A stretch of 10,839 nucleotides of DNA, taken from Candidatus Micrarchaeota archaeon (GTDB lineage Archaea > Micrarchaeota > Micrarchaeia > Anstonellales > Anstonellaceae). Shown here piece by piece: positions 6,992 through 10,839 of the stretch. Where the stretch lies: positions 11,299 to 22,137 of the forward strand of contig DUFS01000002.1 in the NCBI GenBank assembly GCA_013331805.1, written 5' to 3'. Below the pieces are notes generated by a model that was not told the DNA's origin, did no database searches, and saw only the letters and a program-made list of their open reading frames with translations. How positions within the stretch are numbered: position 1 is the stretch's first letter; each line of letters opens with the position of its first letter. The translations under genes and the position numbers were made by a program.

Positions 6992-7786
6992 GTGAAGGTG
7001 ATCCATGCCGGCGAAATAAGGGCAAATTTTGACGTTGGCAAGTCTGTTGCAAGGGCAAAGGAATTTGTGCTGGCAAAAATGCTCAGCGGCACCCTCCTGG
7101 ATAAAACAGCAAGTCATTATGTCGAAAGCTCGACTCTTTGCATTGTGCCTGATTCGTCGCTCCAGAACCGGAAAAACAGCGAACTTCCAAAAAGGCTGTT
7201 CCTGCCTAAAGTAAAAGGCTGCCATGTCGCAAACAACGCCTGGGTGAAAATTTCCCCCCTTGCTGATGAGCACGGTTTTGAGTCAACATGCGTCCATGAG
7301 ATCGTCCACCTCCAAAACAGGGCAGCAACTGGCCAGGACATGTTCGATGCGGCAATTGAACTTGCCTATTGCCAAAAAGCCGGCATATTCGCCATCATAA
7401 AGAACCGCTATGGCAACTCACGCACCAGGAACGTCTTCTCCTTCTTAAAACAGCAAAGCAGCAGCATTCAGGAACTGACAGCCCAGCTGTCACTGCTCAA
7501 AGCGCTGGAAGATGGCAGGGCGAGGTTCGGGAACGTATTATACCACCGCGAGCGCGGATTCGAAGAGCGTGCAATCGGGCTGGAAACCGATTCCAGCCTG
7601 CATGTGCTGCAGCGCCAAGTGCTGAACTTGCCTTATTCGCCATACGAACTGGGGCTGTATTTTCATCTCCAGCTTGAAAAGAAAAAAGGCACGCAAGAAA
7701 CGCTGCGTCTTGTCTGGGCGAATCCACCGTGCAATCTTGGCGAACTGCTTTCCACTGATGCGTATCTGGCCAGAATTGGCAGGTAG
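6992..7786 (+). CDS. Putative zinc-dependent metalloprotease (zincin, HExxH)
   Basis: CVHEIVHLQN, a downstream candidate third ligand in LEDGRA, and a C-terminal PYELGLYF...VWANPP...EL...YLAR pattern reminiscent of Zincin_2/DUF2342-type proteins. The GTG start is uncertain. Confidence 0.7.
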   Translation: MKVIHAGEIRANFDVGKSVARAKEFVLAKMLSGTLLDKTASHYVESSTLCIVPDSSLQNRKNSELPKRLFLPKVKGCHVANNAWVKISPLADEHGFESTCVHEIVHLQNRAATGQDMFDAAIELAYCQKAGIFAIIKNRYGNSRTRNVFSFLKQQSSSIQELTAQLSLLKALEDGRARFGNVLYHRERGFEERAIGLETDSSLHVLQRQVLNLPYSPYELGLYFHLQLEKKKGTQETLRLVWANPPCNLGELLSTDAYLARIGR

Positions 7787-7794
7787 GCGCCAAG

Positions 7795-9609
7795 CTACAT
7801 TTTATCCGGCGCCTGTATGCCGATTGAGCCAAGCGACGCTTTCAGAACGCAAAGCGCGGCAAAGTTTATTGCCAGCCTGTTTTCTTTCAGCTTTTCATCC
7901 TCAGCCGAAAGCACAGGGCAGGTATTGTAGAACTTGTTGTATGCAGCAGCCAAATCCAGGCAGTATTCCGCAACAATGTGCGGCCGCATGTGCCGTGCGG
8001 CTTCCGAGGCTGCAAAGCCGAACATCATAATCCTCTTGAGCAGCTCCCTTTCGGCAAGCTCAATCTCAGGGTTATCGTGCACATTCCCCTTGCCTGCCTT
8101 TTCGAATATCTTGTGCGCCCTTGCGTGCGCATACATGACATAGGGCGCCGAATCCCCTTCAAGCGAGAAAGCCTCCTCCCACCTGAAGGTTATCTTTTTC
8201 TCAGGAGTGGTCTTCAGGAAGGAGAACCTGATGGCAGCGGAAGCAACAGCAGTGGCTATCCTGCCCCGCTCATCGCCGGTTACCTCCTCCTTGATTTTCC
8301 CTTCAGCCCTTTTCATGCCTTCTGCATAAAGGTCATCGGCAGTGAAGCCCATCCAGGTTCCCGCCCTTCCTGAAAATCGCTCGTCCTCCAGCCCCACATG
8401 CTCGTAGGACAGGTGGATTGAGTTGTCCGCCTCTTTTGCGTGCCCCATGGAGCGGAGTATTTCCCTAATGACTTTTTGCGGGTACGCCTGCTCCATGCCT
8501 ATGACATTCACCGCCCGCCTCACACCGCCGAACTTCCTCCCCTTCCCCTTGGGGTGGCTCATGAGGCACAAGCTTCCGTCTGGCTGGCGCATGAAATCAG
8601 AATACACGAAGTCGCTTTTCAGGAGGCCGAACTTCCAAAGCTGGAAAATCACGTCCTTGCCGGTGTAGGTCGCAGTGCCGTCCGAGCGCGCCAGTACCTT
8701 GTCAGGGCTTTCCATTTCGTCAAATTCCTTTCCCTGCATCCTTGCAATCAGGCATCCGCAGTTTTTCCCCTGTTTCTCAAGCACGATTGCCTTGCTCTCC
8801 CTTAAGCGCTCCATTCCCTCCTTGAATATCGAATTCACAATGTCCGACTCAAATATCAGCACGTCATGGAATACTCCGAACTTGAAGGCCGTGTCATACT
8901 GCGCAGCCACGCAGTTCTCCACCAGCTTGCGGCATTCGCGAGCCTCGCTGCTCTGCCCATCCTCGATTTTTTTCAGCAGAATGCGGACTTCCTCCTGCAC
9001 CTTTTGGTCGGACTCGAACTTCCTCGAAACCTCCACGTATTCCTGACCGAGCCACAAATCCAGCTTTCCAGCCGGTTTTTTCCCAAGGTTTAGATAGCCC
9101 CAAAGGCTTTGCGCCACCTGCAGCCCAAGGTCGTCTATGTAGTCGGCCCGCTCAACTTGCTCCCCGGAAAACTCAAGCAGCCTGGCAACCGAATCGCCAA
9201 GAAGCGCGTTCCTCAGGTGCCCTATATGCCAGGGCTTGTTCGGGTTGACCGACGGGAACTCCACAAGGGTCCTTGTTTTTTTCTTCCTGCCGCTTCCGAA
9301 GCATTCCTTTTCCTTGGCAACCTTTGAGAGAAGCTCGCGATAGAATGAATTGGAGAGGATGAAGTTCAGGTAGGGCCCGTCTGCCTTGACGTAATCGAGC
9401 CAATCTGGCAGCTTCAGCTTCCCGGCAATCTCCCTCGCAAGATCGGACGGATTTTTTTTCCGCTTCTTGGCAAGCGAAAAGGCAATCGAGCTTGCCACGT
9501 CGCCGAACTGCCCTTTCGGCAGTTCGATTGTTTTTTCGCAATCAGAGGCAGTCTCGCCCGTTGCATCGGCAAGCGATTTTCCCAGCTTTTCTTTCAGCAG
9601 GAGGAACAT
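7795..9609 (-). CDS. argS: Arginine--tRNA ligase (class I)
   Basis: N-terminal FGDVASSIAFSLAK and GPYLNF, HIGH motif VEFPSVNPNKPWHIGHLRNALLGD, YIDDLGLQ, RSDGTATY, FSGRAG, and the anticodon-binding domain EGDSAPYVMYAHARA and FYNTCPVL. Confidence 0.98.
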   Translation of the reverse strand: MFLLLKEKLGKSLADATGETASDCEKTIELPKGQFGDVASSIAFSLAKKRKKNPSDLAREIAGKLKLPDWLDYVKADGPYLNFILSNSFYRELLSKVAKEKECFGSGRKKKTRTLVEFPSVNPNKPWHIGHLRNALLGDSVARLLEFSGEQVERADYIDDLGLQVAQSLWGYLNLGKKPAGKLDLWLGQEYVEVSRKFESDQKVQEEVRILLKKIEDGQSSEARECRKLVENCVAAQYDTAFKFGVFHDVLIFESDIVNSIFKEGMERLRESKAIVLEKQGKNCGCLIARMQGKEFDEMESPDKVLARSDGTATYTGKDVIFQLWKFGLLKSDFVYSDFMRQPDGSLCLMSHPKGKGRKFGGVRRAVNVIGMEQAYPQKVIREILRSMGHAKEADNSIHLSYEHVGLEDERFSGRAGTWMGFTADDLYAEGMKRAEGKIKEEVTGDERGRIATAVASAAIRFSFLKTTPEKKITFRWEEAFSLEGDSAPYVMYAHARAHKIFEKAGKGNVHDNPEIELAERELLKRIMMFGFAASEAARHMRPHIVAEYCLDLAAAYNKFYNTCPVLSAEDEKLKENRLAINFAALCVLKASLGSIGIQAPDKM

Positions 9610-9631
9610 GGAGTTATGTAAGGCGCTCTAT

Positions 9632-9641
9632 TATTATAATT
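9632..9641 (-). promoter_or_regulatory. Candidate TATA box for a leaderless argS transcript
   Basis: AATTATAATA on the minus strand, overlapping the upstream stop codon and about 23-30 nt before the argS ATG; no SD motif is evident. Confidence 0.5.
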
Positions 9642-10020
9642 ATTTGATCGCTTTCATCGCCGCTCCCATGTCCGAAGCCTTGATCGCCACTTCCATCACT
9701 CCCTTTTGCCTGGAAAGCAAGTACATGGACTCGATGTCGATTTCCGCGCGCGCGAGCTTGCGTGCGATTTTCCCAAGCTCGCCAGGCTCGTCGTTCACCT
9801 TCACGATCAGTATGTCCCCCGTTCTCACGCTAAATCCTTTCCTGTTGGAAAGCGCCTTTGCCGCGGTTGTCGCATCACCTGTCACCACCCTAATCAGGCC
9901 AGACTCGCCAAGACCCTGAGCTGAGATGGATTCGATATTGATTCCGCGGTTGCCCAAAATCTCGCATATTTCAGCAAGGGCGCCCACCCGGTTCTCGGTC
10001 ATTATGGTGATTTCTTGCAT
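9640..10020 (-). CDS. Tandem ACT-domain protein (small-molecule/amino-acid binding)
   Basis: Two ACT repeats, ENRVGALAEICEILGNRGINIESI and DEPGELGKIARKLARAEIDIESMY. ATG 10020 has a GGAGGGG RBS at 10032..10026. Confidence 0.92.
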   Translation of the reverse strand: MQEITIMTENRVGALAEICEILGNRGINIESISAQGLGESGLIRVVTGDATTAAKALSNRKGFSVRTGDILIVKVNDEPGELGKIARKLARAEIDIESMYLLSRQKGVMEVAIKASDMGAAMKAIK

Positions 10021-10054
10021 GACATCCCCTCCATAATAAACACACAAGCATGCT

Positions 10055-10681
10055 TTAAGCTAAAAGCGGAAAAGCCGCCTTCAGGCCGGTTATCATGAAC
10101 TGCACTCCGACCGCGCAGACCAGGAGGCCCATTATCTTGATTAGAGCTTCGGCGCCTGTAGTGCCTATCCTCCTGTCCACCCAGCCGGCATTCCGAAGGA
10201 CCACGAAATTTATGGCGCAAGCCACGAATATGGCGGCCCAAAGGGAGATTTCCATCCAGGGATTGTTCACCTGCGTGGAGAGCACCACTGCGGTCGTTAT
10301 TGCCCCTGGCCCGGAAGTCATGGGAATGGCAAGGGGAACCAGCCAAATCGAGGAGCCTGCGTGGACTTCCTTGTGCTCGCTTGCAGGCGGGAAGAGCATC
10401 CGCAGCCCGATAAGGAGCAGCACCACGCCCCCGGCAATCCTGAATGCCTCCAAGGTGATTGAGTACAGCTGGAAAATGAGGAATCCCGTGAGCGCGAAGA
10501 ACACCAGCACGATGAATGAGGCAAGGCTGCACATGAAGGCGATCTTGCCCCTTCCTGCCTCCTTGTCGTTCTTGGTCAGGTACAAGAAGAGCCCTATTGT
10601 GGAAAGGGGATTGATGATTATCATTATGGCGATGAAGGAGGTGAGAGCGAACTCGAACATCCTCGGGTCAAGTTGAAGCAT
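10055..10681 (-). CDS. marC: MarC family (NAAT) integral membrane protein
   Basis: IINPLSTIGLF, AFRIAGGVVLLLIGLRML, LVPLAIPMTSGPGAITTAVVL and KIMGLLVCAVGVQFMITGL; about six TM helices. Confidence 0.96.
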   Translation of the reverse strand: MLQLDPRMFEFALTSFIAIMIIINPLSTIGLFLYLTKNDKEAGRGKIAFMCSLASFIVLVFFALTGFLIFQLYSITLEAFRIAGGVVLLLIGLRMLFPPASEHKEVHAGSSIWLVPLAIPMTSGPGAITTAVVLSTQVNNPWMEISLWAAIFVACAINFVVLRNAGWVDRRIGTTGAEALIKIMGLLVCAVGVQFMITGLKAAFPLLA

Positions 10682-10702
10682 GGTTCCCCTTCAGATGCAA
10701 AG

Positions 10703-10710
10703 TATAAAAG
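10703..10710 (-). promoter_or_regulatory. Candidate TATA box for marC
   Basis: CTTTTATA on the minus strand, about 22 nt upstream of ATG 10681. Confidence 0.5.
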
Positions 10711-10798
10711 CAATTGCATATATATTCGAGGAAAGCTGGGCCGTGGGCTGAACCATTACAAACTGAAGCGGGGTCATCGAGATAGAATTGCGCAAATC

Positions 10799-10839
10799 CT
10801 ATTTCTCCAACATCCACTTCCAAGCATACCTTTGTTTAA
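10799..10839 (-). CDS. Possible 3' end of a gene entering from the right edge (...KQRYAWKWMLEK-stop)
   Basis: Open frame from the window edge to TAG at 10801..10799, on the same strand as the neighbouring genes and overlapping a hairpin. It is too short to identify. Confidence 0.25.
   Translation of the reverse strand, partial: KQRYAWKWMLEK

Noticed and set aside
954..10676. Many long alternative ORFs (e.g. 954-1589, 1806-2450, 9467-9919, 10095-10676 on +; 10002-10532 on -)
   Set aside because: They are antisense or out-of-frame shadows of well-supported genes and show no recognisable motifs.
10695..10839. Plus-strand frame MQSIKAIAYIFEESWAVG*TITN*SGVIEIELRKSYFSNIHF with two in-frame TGA codons (recoding or pseudogene)
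   Set aside because: TGA is a normal stop for several genes in this window, the frame overlaps the marC promoter, and I recognise no homology.
10730..10839. Another plus-strand frame containing RDRIAQILF, reminiscent of the dUTPase/dCTP deaminase GDRIAQL motif
   Set aside because: There is no start codon and none of the other dUTPase motifs, so it is most likely chance.

Overview
Archaeal genomic window. Evidence is an archaeal-type tRNA-Leu, TATA boxes about 25 nt upstream of starts, GGTG/GAGGTG Shine-Dalgarno motifs and a COG1361-type envelope protein; a DPANN/Micrarchaeota-like origin is only an inference. The left minus-strand block, in transcription order, is a LolD/MacB-type ABC ATPase, a COG1361-like membrane-anchored protein, two tandem MacB/FtsX permeases, a nitroreductase and the 5' part of an interrupted tRNA-Leu that runs off the left edge. 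Two plus-strand peptidases follow (an M29 aminopeptidase and an HExxH zincin), converging on a minus-strand MarC - ACT-domain - argS block. The most unusual signal is a 108-nt, highly structured non-coding insert (779-886). It is flanked by two 24-nt copies of the permease 3' end (VDALRYE-stop) that differ only at synonymous positions. Several intergenic hairpins in the window share TGCG/CGCA loops.
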